A stretch of DNA of 64,000 nt from an uncultured Planctomycetaceae bacterium (GTDB lineage Bacteria > Planctomycetota > Phycisphaerae > SM23-33): NCBI GenBank assembly GCA_964385465.1, contig CAYLPJ010000028.1:11789-75788 (forward strand), given 5' to 3'. The notes under the pieces are model-generated. The model had not been told where the DNA came from. It did not search any database and saw nothing but the letters and a program-made list of their open reading frames with translations. Positions 35,293 to 45,500 of this stretch are shown one piece after another. Numbering within the stretch: position 1 is the stretch's first letter; each line of letters opens with the position of its first letter. The translations under genes and the position numbers were made by a program.

Positions 35293-37992
35293 ATGAAACG
35301 CCACATCCTCTGCATCTTCGCCGCCGTACTTCCGGCCGTCGCGGCCCGTGCGGCCGATGAGCCCGCAGCCGCGCCGGCGACCGCCCCGGCGACCGGCCCG
35401 GCCAAGGTCGTCCAGCGGACGGTCACCGAGGGCGACGTGACCGTCGCCGGCCTGGACAACGGGCTGACGGTGATCGTCAAGCCGATGCGCCTGGCGCCGG
35501 TGGTCTGCGTCCGCGCGTACGTGCGGGCGGGGGGGATGTACGAGCGGGAGTTCCTCGGCTGCGGGATCAGCCACCTCTGCGAGCACCTCGTCGCCAAAGG
35601 CGCCGTCAGCGAGCCCTACGCCCCCCACGGCGGGGCCATGGGATCCACGCGGTCGATCGTCTCGGACATCGGCGGGCAGTCCAACGCCTCGACCTCGTTG
35701 GCGTGGACGCAGTACTACATCTCCGCCGGGGCGGGCAAGGCAATGGACTGCATCGACCTCGTCGCCGGGTGGATGGCCAAGGCGGAAATCACCGAGCAGG
35801 ACTTCCAGCGGGAGCACGGCGTGGTCCAGCGGGAACTGGAGTTGGGCAAGGACGAGCCCAGGCGCCAGATGTGGTACGCCCATGCAAAGGACGTGTTCGC
35901 CACGCACCCGGCGTCGGTGCCGGTGATCGGCTACGCCGCGCCGCTGAGCAAGCTGACCGTCGAGGACGTTCGCACCTATCACCGCCGGATGTACGTGCCC
36001 AACAACATGGTCTTCGTGATCGTCGGCGACGTGAACGTCGAGAAGGCCCTGGACCGCACCTGCCAGGCCTTCGCGGGATTCCCCGCCGGGCGACGGCCGA
36101 TCCTGACGCTCCCGGAGGCCCCCGAGCTGCCCGGCATCGTCCGCACCGTCCGCCCGCACCGGGGCATCGAGGAAGTGCTCGCCGAGATCAGCTTTCCCTC
36201 CATCCCGCTGCTCCACGAGGACCTCTACGCCCTCGACGTGCTCAGCACGATCCTGGGCACCGGCGAGGCCAGCCGCCTGGTCTCGGACGTCCGCCGCGAG
36301 AAACGCCTGGTCACGAGCATCTCCACCAGCAGTTGGACGCCGGCCTGGGGCAGGGGGATCTTCAACGTCTCCTACCGCGCCGAGCCGGAGAAGGCCGACG
36401 CCGCCGAGGCCGCGGTCCTCGACGGGCTGCGGGCCGTCGCCGCCGACGGCGTCACCGCCGACGAACTCGCCCGCGCCAAGCGCCAGATGGTCGCCCGGTT
36501 CGTCTACAGCCAGCAGTCCGTCGAGAGCGTCGCCAGCATGCTCGGCACGGACATGCTCACCACCGGCGACGTGGGCTTCTCCCGCAACTACACCGAGCGC
36601 GTTCAGGCCGTCACGACCGAGCAGGTCCATGCCGTCGCCGAGAAGTACCTCACGTTCGACCGCTATGCCGTCACCCGGCTGGTGCCGGCCGAGAGCCACC
36701 GCGCCGCCGGAGCCGCCGAGACCGAAACGAAGCAGGCCTCCGGGCGGATGATCACGCTGGACAACGGCCTGCGGGTCGTCCTCCACGCCACCGATGCCGT
36801 CGAGCTGGTGTCGATGGCGTTCGTCGCCGAGGGCGGCGTGCTGGTTGAAACGCCGGAGACCAACGGCCTCGGCTCGCTGATGACCGCCCTGGCGACCAAG
36901 GGCACGCCGGAGATGTCTGCCGAGCAGATCGCCGCGTTCTTCGCCGCGGCGGGGGGGAGCCTTACCGGCAGCGCGGGCAACAACAGCCTGTACTGGCAGG
37001 CGTCGGTCCTGGACGACCGGTTCGACAAGGCCCTGGGTATCCTCGCCGACGTGATCCAGCGCCCGACGTTCCCTGAGAAGGAGCTGGAGATCCTCCGCCC
37101 GTCGCAGTTGGCCGCCATCGACCGCGTCGACGAGAACTGGCAGGGCGAGCTGAACAAGGCCTTCCGCGAGCGGTTCTTCAAGGACGCGCCCTACGCGATG
37201 CTTCCCGTCGGCCGGCGGGAGGTCGTCGCCGACGCCACCGCCGAGCAGCTCGCCGCCTTCCACAAGCGAGCCCTGCGGGCCGGCGACTGCGTCCTGGCGA
37301 TCTACGGGCACTTCGACGCCGACGCCACTGCCGAACGCGTGCGGAAGCTCTTCGGCGACCTGCCGGCCGGGAAGATCGAGCTGCCCGAGCCCGCGGCCCG
37401 GGAGGTCCCCGCCGACGGCGAGCGCCACGTCGTCGAGACCGAAAAGAAGGTCGCCGGCGTGATCGTCGCCGCCCCCGGGATGAAGGCGAGCAACATCGAG
37501 GACCGCTTCGCCATCACCGTGCTGGACACGATCATCAGCGGCTACCGCCTGCCGGCCGGGTGGCTGCACACCGAGCTTCGCGGCAAGCGGTTGGTCTACG
37601 TGGTGCACGCCTACAACTGGTGGGGGCTGGCGCCGGGTGCGTTCATGGTGTACGCCGCCGGCCAGCCGGCCGAGGCGGACCGGATTGTCGGGATCATCCA
37701 CAAGAACCTTCGCAAGGCGGCGGGGTACACGCCGACGCAGGCGGAGGTGGACCGCGCGGTGAACACGATCCTGACGGCGGAGCTGCTGGGCAACCAGTCG
37801 ATGTCGTCGCTGGCGATGTCGGCGGCCTTGGACGAGCTGTACGGCTTCGGCTGGGACTTCCGCAGCGAGTTGGAGGCCCGATACGGCGCGGTAACCCCGG
37901 CCGACGTGGCCCGCGTGGGCAAGAAGTACCTCTCCGGCGGCTACGTGACGGTCATCGCCACGCCGGAGCCGAAAGCAGCCGAGAACCCGTGA
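35293..37992 (+). CDS. M16 family zinc peptidase (pitrilysin/insulinase-like, duplicated M16 module) with signal peptide
   Basis: 899 aa. Signal 'MKRHILCIFAAVLPAVAARAA'. The inverted zincin motif 'HLCEHLV' (HxxEH) is present. Two tandem peptidase_M16 halves are apparent. Confidence 0.85.
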   Translation: MKRHILCIFAAVLPAVAARAADEPAAAPATAPATGPAKVVQRTVTEGDVTVAGLDNGLTVIVKPMRLAPVVCVRAYVRAGGMYEREFLGCGISHLCEHLVAKGAVSEPYAPHGGAMGSTRSIVSDIGGQSNASTSLAWTQYYISAGAGKAMDCIDLVAGWMAKAEITEQDFQREHGVVQRELELGKDEPRRQMWYAHAKDVFATHPASVPVIGYAAPLSKLTVEDVRTYHRRMYVPNNMVFVIVGDVNVEKALDRTCQAFAGFPAGRRPILTLPEAPELPGIVRTVRPHRGIEEVLAEISFPSIPLLHEDLYALDVLSTILGTGEASRLVSDVRREKRLVTSISTSSWTPAWGRGIFNVSYRAEPEKADAAEAAVLDGLRAVAADGVTADELARAKRQMVARFVYSQQSVESVASMLGTDMLTTGDVGFSRNYTERVQAVTTEQVHAVAEKYLTFDRYAVTRLVPAESHRAAGAAETETKQASGRMITLDNGLRVVLHATDAVELVSMAFVAEGGVLVETPETNGLGSLMTALATKGTPEMSAEQIAAFFAAAGGSLTGSAGNNSLYWQASVLDDRFDKALGILADVIQRPTFPEKELEILRPSQLAAIDRVDENWQGELNKAFRERFFKDAPYAMLPVGRREVVADATAEQLAAFHKRALRAGDCVLAIYGHFDADATAERVRKLFGDLPAGKIELPEPAAREVPADGERHVVETEKKVAGVIVAAPGMKASNIEDRFAITVLDTIISGYRLPAGWLHTELRGKRLVYVVHAYNWWGLAPGAFMVYAAGQPAEADRIVGIIHKNLRKAAGYTPTQAEVDRAVNTILTAELLGNQSMSSLAMSAALDELYGFGWDFRSELEARYGAVTPADVARVGKKYLSGGYVTVIATPEPKAAENP

Positions 37993-38105
37993 GACCGGAT
38001 GGCCGGAGGCGCCAGACCGCCGGCGCCCGGCAACGGACAGTCCGTCGCCACCGGCTGCTGCGGTACTCCGGTAGTCCGGTTCCACGGAAGAAAACAGGAG
38101 CAACG

Positions 38106-38744
38106 ATGCCTGAGACAAGCAACGGTAACGAAGACCTCCTCGCGATGCCCGTGGCGGCGTTCGTGGAGGCGACGGCGGCAAAGAAGTCCACGCCGGGCGG
38201 CGGGAGCGTTGCCGGGGTGGTCGGCGCGCTGGGGGTGGCCCTCGGCGAGATGGCCCTGAACTTCACGCGGGGCAAGAAGAAGTTCGCCGAGCACGCCGAG
38301 ACCTACGACCACCTCGCCGCACGCTGGGTCAAGGCCCGCGAGATGTTCGCCCGCCTGGTCGCCGACGACGTTGCCGCATTCCAGTCCTACCAGGCCGCCG
38401 CCCGCATGGACGACGGGCCCGAGAAGGACGAGGCCATGGACCTCGCCACCGCCGCCGCCATCGACGTGCCCCGGGAGGCCGCCAAGCTCGCCCTCGCCGT
38501 CCTCCAGGACTTCCGCCAGCTCGCCGACAAGTGCAACCCCTGGCTGATCAGCGACCTCGTCGCCGGGGCCGCCCTGGCCGAGGCGACCTGCCGCCTGTGC
38601 GACTACAACGTCCGCGTGAACGTCAAGCAGGTCGGCGACGAGCAGGCGGCCGCCGACCTGCGGTCCGGCTCGGCCGACGACCTCGCCCGCGCCGTCGCGC
38701 TCCGCGAGGCGATCGAGGCCGCCGCGAAGGAGCACCTGCCGTAG
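38106..38744 (+). CDS. Formimidoyltetrahydrofolate cyclodeaminase / methenyl-THF cyclohydrolase-like (FTCD C-terminal domain)
   Basis: 212 aa. 'FVEATAAKKSTPGGGSVAGVVGALGVALGEMALNFTRGKKKF' matches the cyclodeaminase 'SPTPGGGS..A..GALG..L..M...LT.GKKKY' signature. An 'aggag' RBS is 6 nt upstream. Confidence 0.75.
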   Translation: MPETSNGNEDLLAMPVAAFVEATAAKKSTPGGGSVAGVVGALGVALGEMALNFTRGKKKFAEHAETYDHLAARWVKAREMFARLVADDVAAFQSYQAAARMDDGPEKDEAMDLATAAAIDVPREAAKLALAVLQDFRQLADKCNPWLISDLVAGAALAEATCRLCDYNVRVNVKQVGDEQAAADLRSGSADDLARAVALREAIEAAAKEHLP

Positions 38745-38746
38745 CG

Positions 38747-39271
38747 ATGGCCAAGGAGTACAACATCACGCGGACGAGCGGGCGATGCGCCGCCTGCGAC
38801 AAGGAGATGGTCCCGCAAGAGGAGTTCGCCGCCGCCGTGCTGGAGGCCCCGGCCGACGCCGAGGAGGACTTCCTTCGACGGGACTACTGCATGGCATGCT
38901 GGCCCGAGGCCGAGAAGGACCTCGCCGGCCGGGACGATGTCTTCGGCACCTGGCGCAGCCGCGTGCCCAAGCCAAAGGAAAAGAAGCGCACGTTCGTGGA
39001 CGACGAGTTGCTGGTGAACTTCTTCCAGCGGCTTGACGGGGCCGACGAACCGGCGAAGATCAGCTTTCGCTTCGTCCTGGCGCTGGTGCTGATGCGAAAG
39101 AAGCTGCTCGTCTACGAACGCTCCCGCCCGGGCGAGGGCGACAGCGAGATCTGGACAATGCACTTCAAGGGAGACGACGCGACATGCGAGGTGATCGACC
39201 CGCATCTCGACGAGGACCGCATCGCCGAGGTCAGCGAGCAACTCGGCGCGATCCTCGAAGGCGAGCTGTGA
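38747..39271 (+). CDS. Hypothetical protein with CxxC...CxxC zinc-ribbon-like N-terminus
   Basis: 174 aa. 'CAACDKEM...CMACW'. Its ATG is 2 nt after the stop of the upstream cyclodeaminase gene, which suggests translational coupling. Confidence 0.55.
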   Translation: MAKEYNITRTSGRCAACDKEMVPQEEFAAAVLEAPADAEEDFLRRDYCMACWPEAEKDLAGRDDVFGTWRSRVPKPKEKKRTFVDDELLVNFFQRLDGADEPAKISFRFVLALVLMRKKLLVYERSRPGEGDSEIWTMHFKGDDATCEVIDPHLDEDRIAEVSEQLGAILEGEL

Positions 39272-40284
39272 GCCGCGCCGCCGCGACGGTCATGGCGGTC
39301 GTGCTGGCCGCGACCGTCGGCGGCTGCGACCCCTTCCTCCGCGCCTGCCCCGACCGGGCGGTGGGGCTGGAGCGCCTCCTCGCCGAGTACAACGCCAACG
39401 CCGATGCCGTCCCCCGCGTCTGGGCACGGGCGGAGCTTTCAGTGACGATGGACCCCGCCGACGGCCCGCCGATTACCTGGGACAGCGGCGCGCCGACCTG
39501 CCTGCTGCTGCTGGCCAAGGGGCCCCGCCGGCTGGGGCCCCACGACTTCGTCCTCATCGGGCGTGAGACCGCCAACATGGAGCTGTTCCGCATCGGCTCC
39601 AGCACCGAGGACGGCGTGTACTACTTCTGGTACAAGATCGGCAAGCACGGCGGGGCGTGGCTGGGCAGCCAGGCCCTCGCCGGGGCGCCCGGCATCGACA
39701 ACCTCCCCATCGACCCGATGCAGATGCTCGGGGTCCTGGCCGTCACGGCCCTGCCCGACGACCTCACCCGCCTGCCCGCCGTCGCGTTGAGCATGAACGA
39801 CACACCCGGCGAGTGCGCCTACGTTGTTACCCTCATCGATCGCCAGCCGCTGACCAACCGTGTGCTCTTCCGACGCGAGATCCTCTTCCGATGGGACGGC
39901 GAGCCCGGGCCGTTGAGGCCCCGCGAGGTCCGCGTCTTCAACGCCGAGGGCCGGCGCATGATGACCGCCTCCCTCGCCGACTATGCCCCGATCGACACCT
40001 CCGGACTCGACGACCCGCCGGCATCCGAGCCGGTCATGCCCACCGACATCGACATGCGATTCCACGCCGCCGGGAAGGCCCAGGCGTTCGTGAGGCGCAT
40101 CCGCCTGCGGCTGTCGGAGATGACCGCCGAGGACGTCTGGCTCCGCGAGGCCGCACAGTTCCGTCCGCCGGCGGGCGTTCCCGTCCAGCAGGTGGACCGG
40201 GGCATTCGCCCGCCGTATCGCCGCGGCCCGGGGACGTCGCGGCCGGCGGGGGAGACCGGCGGCGAAGGAGGCCCGCGCCCGTGA
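39268..40284 (+). CDS. Putative lipoprotein (GTG start overlapping the upstream stop)
   Basis: In-frame GTG at 39268 (GTGA overlap) gives 'VSRAAATVMAVVLAATVGGC' (signal peptide plus lipobox). An alternative ATG at 39292 is too close to the Cys for a signal peptide. No recognisable family. Confidence 0.5.
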   Translation: MSRAAATVMAVVLAATVGGCDPFLRACPDRAVGLERLLAEYNANADAVPRVWARAELSVTMDPADGPPITWDSGAPTCLLLLAKGPRRLGPHDFVLIGRETANMELFRIGSSTEDGVYYFWYKIGKHGGAWLGSQALAGAPGIDNLPIDPMQMLGVLAVTALPDDLTRLPAVALSMNDTPGECAYVVTLIDRQPLTNRVLFRREILFRWDGEPGPLRPREVRVFNAEGRRMMTASLADYAPIDTSGLDDPPASEPVMPTDIDMRFHAAGKAQAFVRRIRLRLSEMTAEDVWLREAAQFRPPAGVPVQQVDRGIRPPYRRGPGTSRPAGETGGEGGPRP

Positions 40285-42011
40285 GCTTTTCCCGCATCGC
40301 CGCCGCGCTGCTGGCCCTGGCCGCCTGCGCCCCCGGCGCCGGCGCCCAGACTACGCGGCGCGTCCTCGCCGGCTCCGACGACGGCGTCTGGCTGCTGGAG
40401 TTCGACTCCCGGGGCTCGACCTTCGACATCGCCCTCCGCCCGGCCGACGAGGACTGGCAGTGGCTGCACCGCGAGATGACCGGCCGGCCCGCACTGGCCG
40501 CCGCCGGGGGCGACCGCCTGCACGTGTTCTTCGACGACCCCTTCGGGCACCTGCTCTGCGACGCGACCGGCACGGACCCCTGGCTGGCCCCGCCGTCGGG
40601 CAACCCCCGCTGGCCCGGCGATGCCGCGCCGCTGGCGGTCGCCGAGTCGCTCGACGCCAACGGCCGACCCGACTACGGCGTCCTCGCCGTCGTCCCCCTG
40701 GCCCCGCCGACGCCCGCGACCCGCACCGCACCCGCGCCGTCGACGACCGTTCCGGCCGCGACCGCCCCGGCGATCGCGCTGACCACGGCCCCGGCCCGCC
40801 CGGCGGGGAAGCTGGCGCTGTTCCGCCATGCCGGCGCGACCTGGGAGCACGTCGCCGATTGTCCCGAGCTGCCCCGCGGGCCGGGGACGCGCCTCCTGCT
40901 CGCCGATACCGGCCGGGCCGTGTACCTGGCCTCCTCCGACGCCGGCGAGAGGGGCAATCGGATCTTCCGGTGGGACGCGTCGGGCTGGCAGCGGCTGGAC
41001 CTGATCGGCTCGCCGGCGTCGGCGCCGATCCGTGGCCTGGTGGGCATCGGCGGGCAGCTCGTGGTCGTGCTCTCCCATCCGTCCGACGCCAACGAGGCCG
41101 GCGACGAACTGCTGCTGGCGGTCTACGACGACCGGCAGCGCGTCTTCGCCATCCAGCCGGCGCGGCGGGGGGATGCCGTGGCGACCTGGCCGGCCGACGC
41201 GCCGCCGTCGGTGGCGCGGTTCGGCAAACAGGTGGCGATGCTCTGGCAGGCCGACGGGGCGGTCCGCTTCGCCACGTGCATGCCCCGCGTCGGGCAACTG
41301 GTGGACAAGGGGCCGGTCGCCTTCGACGCCCCCGTCGGCGACGACGGCGAGGAACTGCTGAACCTCTTCATGTGGGCGCTGCTGATCGCCGTGCTTATCC
41401 CCATGATCGCCCTGCGCCCGCGGACGCGCCCCGAGCCGTTCTCGCTGCCCGAGGCCGCCCGCACCGGCCCGCTGCTCAAGCGGCTGATTGCCTTCCTGAT
41501 CGACCTGGCGCCCGTGGTGGTGCTGGTCTCGTTCGTCTACTCCGTCAGCCCCTGGGCCATGCCCGAGGAGGAGATGCGCCGCCTCTACGACCGCCTGCGA
41601 CGCGGCGACGAGGTCCGCATCCCCGTCGCCATGGCTGCCTCCTACGTGGCCATGCTCGTCCTGTTCGTCGCCTACTGCACCGTCGCGGAGATCCGCTACG
41701 GCAAGACGCCGGGCAAGCGACTGATGAAGCTTCGCGTTGTCGGCCACAAGGGCGCCGCCCCGACGCCGCGGGCCTGCCTGCTTCGCAACCTGCTGAAGGT
41801 CATGGAACTGGTCGCCCTCCGCGCGCCGCTGTTGCTGGTGCTGGTCCTGCTGATCCCGCTGTTCACCCGCTACCGCCAGCGATTCGGCGACCTCGTCGGA
41901 CGCACCGCGGTCGTCGACGCCCGGTTCGAGTTCCCCGAGCCCGACGAGGGGCAGGAGGGACAGGCCGACGCCGGCGACGCGACCGATACAGCGGACGACG
42001 AGCCGCGGTAG
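40281..42011 (+). CDS. RDD-family membrane protein with a large N-terminal secreted domain
   Basis: GTG at 40281 (GTGA overlap with the upstream stop) gives the signal peptide 'VSFSRIAAALLALAACAPGAGAQ'. The C-terminal 180 aa carry an RDD-domain topology ('RLIAFLIDLAPVVVLV...GKTPGKRLMKLRVV...RNLLKVMELVAL...GRTAVVD'). The N-terminal part of the listed ORF (39657-40280) has shadow-frame composition. Confidence 0.6.
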   Translation: MSFSRIAAALLALAACAPGAGAQTTRRVLAGSDDGVWLLEFDSRGSTFDIALRPADEDWQWLHREMTGRPALAAAGGDRLHVFFDDPFGHLLCDATGTDPWLAPPSGNPRWPGDAAPLAVAESLDANGRPDYGVLAVVPLAPPTPATRTAPAPSTTVPAATAPAIALTTAPARPAGKLALFRHAGATWEHVADCPELPRGPGTRLLLADTGRAVYLASSDAGERGNRIFRWDASGWQRLDLIGSPASAPIRGLVGIGGQLVVVLSHPSDANEAGDELLLAVYDDRQRVFAIQPARRGDAVATWPADAPPSVARFGKQVAMLWQADGAVRFATCMPRVGQLVDKGPVAFDAPVGDDGEELLNLFMWALLIAVLIPMIALRPRTRPEPFSLPEAARTGPLLKRLIAFLIDLAPVVVLVSFVYSVSPWAMPEEEMRRLYDRLRRGDEVRIPVAMAASYVAMLVLFVAYCTVAEIRYGKTPGKRLMKLRVVGHKGAAPTPRACLLRNLLKVMELVALRAPLLLVLVLLIPLFTRYRQRFGDLVGRTAVVDARFEFPEPDEGQEGQADAGDATDTADDEPR

Positions 42012-42431
42012 GCGCAGCAGGCGGGAATTCGACGGAGACGGGCGCTGCATTCGGGGGTTGGAAAGGGCAGGAAGGGAGGCGGGCGCCGGGGGGTGACGGC
42101 TCGTGCCGGCCGGGGGCGCTCCCGCCGAGCTCACCGATCCCCGCGGGCGTCGCCCGGGCTTTTCGGTAGACAACCCATGCGCGTGCGTTGTCTGTATGGA
42201 CGGACCCGCGGCGCCGGGAACGGGAACGTCGGCCCTGCCGGGCAAAACAGAAAATCGATGGAAAGCGGGAACCGTCGGCTGCGTTCGACATCTAACGCAA
42301 AAGCGGCCCGTATGCCGCGGCCGGCCCGGCCGGCTCGCCGCGCCAGGCCGGTTCGTTGCCGGTCGGGATAAGTGTGCGAGCCATGGCATCTTAGCGGGCG
42401 CGTGCCCAACAGGAGGCCTGTGGAAATCGCT

Positions 42432-42460
42432 TTGACACCCCCATGAGGGCCAAGTAGAAT
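42432..42460 (+). promoter_or_regulatory. Putative sigma70-like promoter of giant gene 2: TTGACA-N17-TAGAAT
   Basis: 'TTGACAcccccatgagggccaagTAGAAT' has an exact -35 consensus, a 17-nt spacer and 5/6 of the -10 consensus. It sits in a GC dip about 100 nt upstream of the ATG at 42563. A 'gggag' SD lies about 10 nt before the ATG. Confidence 0.4.
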
Positions 42461-42562
42461 CTCCGCAGCGGCGCGCGGTTCACAGGCGGCGCGCCCCGGC
42501 GGTATCCCTACATCCATACGCCGTGACGGCAATGACTTACAGGAAGTCAACGGGAGTCTGAC

Positions 42563-45500
42563 ATGTCAAGTTTCTTCGAGACGCCGAGTGGCCCGGAATT
42601 CGTCCCCAGCTTCGAGCCGCTGGAGGAGCGTCTGCTGCTGACGACGATTCGCGGCGGCGAGTTCTTCGTCTACGAGAACAGCCAGAACGAGGCCGTCCGT
42701 ATCAGCCTGATCGGCGATCGGGAGGATGCAGTTGAGGTCTTTGCCGATCATGCGCACTTCGGCGTCGTCGATCTGCCCGGTTTCTACAACGGCGACCCCA
42801 CCGATGTGGTCACCTGGCCGGCCGGAGAATCCCCCACGCGCCAGGTCTGGGACGCCAACCACCAGAACTCCTGGTACGTCTGGAACCAGCAGGGCGACAC
42901 CTACCTCGACCCCGACGGCTTCCAGGTCTCGACGACCTACGGCGCCCAGGCGGAGATCTTCGCGATCTACGTCGTCAACGCCTCGCCGGACACCCGCCTG
43001 TCGATCTCCCGCGTGATTCCGCCGAACCCGGCCCAGCCGTTCACCTCCGGCGGGGGAGAGGCCTGGTACAACCGCGTCGACCCGTGGTCGGGCAACGTCT
43101 TCAACCTCGCCACCTTCGACTGGATGTACGAGCCCAACGACGTGACCGACGCCCCGGACAACACCGGCACGGTCATCGTCGGCGCCCGCCACTATCCCCT
43201 GGACGACAACCAGACCCAACTTCGGTGGGTGGGCGTCTACGGCGGGACGGATCCCGGCGGCGACTGCTACGAGACCGGCGTGCCCCAGACGGGCATCTTC
43301 CCCGGTACGGCCGCCTACGGGCCGCTCTACGCGGGCATCAACGTCTCCGACGAGGCCTACCGCCTGGCCTCGCGAACCCCGCTGGGCCGGGACGTCGGCT
43401 CGGTGGCCGCCGATGACGAGGGCAACGTCTTCGCCGTCGACAGCAGCCCCTTCATCGGCGAACTGATCAACACCAGCACCTCCACGGGCAGCCTCGGCGA
43501 CGACGTCCAGGCCATCGCCGTCAACGACCAGGGCACCTCCTACGTGGCGGATCACTCCCGCCAGACCGCCCTGATCAGCACGGGCACCACCGCCGGGGCC
43601 GCCAACGCCCTGGGCAACGACCTCCGCACGCTGGCGGTCTACGACAACGAGTTCTACGCCATCGAGGAGTCCAACAACACGCTGCTCCAGATCCGCCCGG
43701 GCAACAACGAGCCGGTCCGCAGCCTCGGGCGCGTCGTCGACTCGGTCGCCACCGCCAACACGTTCCTCAACTTCATCGCCCTGGAGACCAACCCCCGCGC
43801 CGCCGGCGGCGAGCTGTGGGGCCTGGCGTACGGCTCGGCCGACAATGCCCTCGTGCTGGTCAAGGCCACGATCCCCGGCGGTGTGCGGACGACAGTCCCG
43901 TTCGACCGCATCGCCGTGCTGAACACCCCCGAGGACGGCCCGTGGGGGGCCAACGTGGTCCCGGGCATCACCGCGATGGCCATGCGCGAGAACTCCACGA
44001 CCGGGCTGCTGGAGGTCTGGGGCGTCACCGGCGCCAACCAGCTCGTGATGATTAACGCCGGCAGCGGCGAGGTCACCCTCGCCGGCGAGGACCGCGTGAC
44101 CGGCACGCCGAACCCGGCGGACTTCGTCCTCCAGACTACCGGCGGCGGCAATGTCGATACCGTCATCGGCTTGGAGTTCATCGGCGAGACCCTCTACGCC
44201 ATCACCCGCGACGAGCACCTCTACCGCCTCGACACGGCCGCGCTGGCGACGAGCTCGGACATCGCCACCGACCTCGGCGAGACCCAGGCGCCCTTCGCCG
44301 AGAGCCTGGCCTACAACGCCGCCCAGCCGGCGAGGCTGTTCACCATCACCGAGAACAACGCCGCGTTGCGCCTGGCGGCGATCACCGTCGAGGCCTCGCT
44401 GGAGTCCGTCGACGCCAACGGCGTCGGGACCATCGTCGGTCCCCTCTGGGACGCCGACGAGGGCACCTTCGCCTACAACGACGTCACCGGCCTGGACTAC
44501 GCCGTCTACGACCCCGACGACCCCGCCAACACCGACGAGTTCCTCTACGGCCTGGCGCGGATCTCCGACCTGGACCCCACCGGCTTGCCCGCGGCTCCCG
44601 AGGGCGTATGGATCGTCCGGATCAACGAGGGCAACGGACAGGCCACCCGCCTGGCCCGCATCGTCGGCCCGGCAAGCCTGTCCTCGCTGGCCTGGAACGA
44701 GCTGAACCAGCAGTTCTATGCCATCGACCCGGACAACAACCAGCTCTACGTGCTGGACCCGGCCGACATCGACGACCAGGGCACGCCGGATTCCATCGAC
44801 GACGTCATCGACCTGACCGGCCAGACGACCGTGACCACCGGGGGCACGCCGGTCTCGCTGGTCAGCGCCGACTTCGACGGCGATACGCAGGCGGACGTCG
44901 CCGTGCTCAACCAGGCTGACGACACCGTCCAGATCTTCCTGGGCAACGGCGACGGGACGTTCACGGACAGCGGCACGGTGGCCGTCGGCGACGGCGGGGT
45001 GCAGATCGTCGCCGCCCAGCTCAGCGACGACGACGCCTCGACGGTCATCGACGACAGCGACAACCTCGACCTGGTGGTCGTCAACACCGCCGACGGCGAC
45101 GTGAGCATCCTGCTGGGCGACGGGGCGGGCGGCTTCGCCTCGGCCGGCGACGTCGCGGCGGGGACGGACCCCTCGGCCGTGGCGGTGGGCGACGTGAACA
45201 ACGACGGCAACCCGGACCTGGCGGTCGCCAACGAGGGCGACGACCAGGCCGAGGTGTTCCTGGGCAACGGCAACGGCACGTTCGGGGCCGGCGCGACGTT
45301 CGACGTCGCCGGCGGGCCGACCGGCGTGACGCTGGCGGATGTCGACGGCAACGGCAACCTGGACCTGATCACCGCCAACGGCGACGACGACAGCGTCTCG
45401 GTGCTCATGGGCCGCGGCGACGGGACGTTCATGGAGCACGAGGACTACGGCCCCGAGTCGGTGGCCCTCGGAGACCTCAACGGCGACGGCGACACCGACC

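Noticed and set aside
39657-40280. The N-terminal 208 codons of track ORF 39657..42011 (MAGQPGPRRGARHRQ...)
   Set aside because: The extension is Arg-rich and overlaps the lipoprotein gene in another frame. An in-frame GTG at 40281, overlapping the upstream stop, gives a proper signal peptide. The extension was judged spurious.
42093-42550. Small ORFs in the intergenic region upstream of giant gene 2 (42093..42371 and 42103..42435 plus, 42131..42550 minus)
   Set aside because: They are Arg-rich with no RBS and they overlap the putative promoter. They are most likely non-coding.
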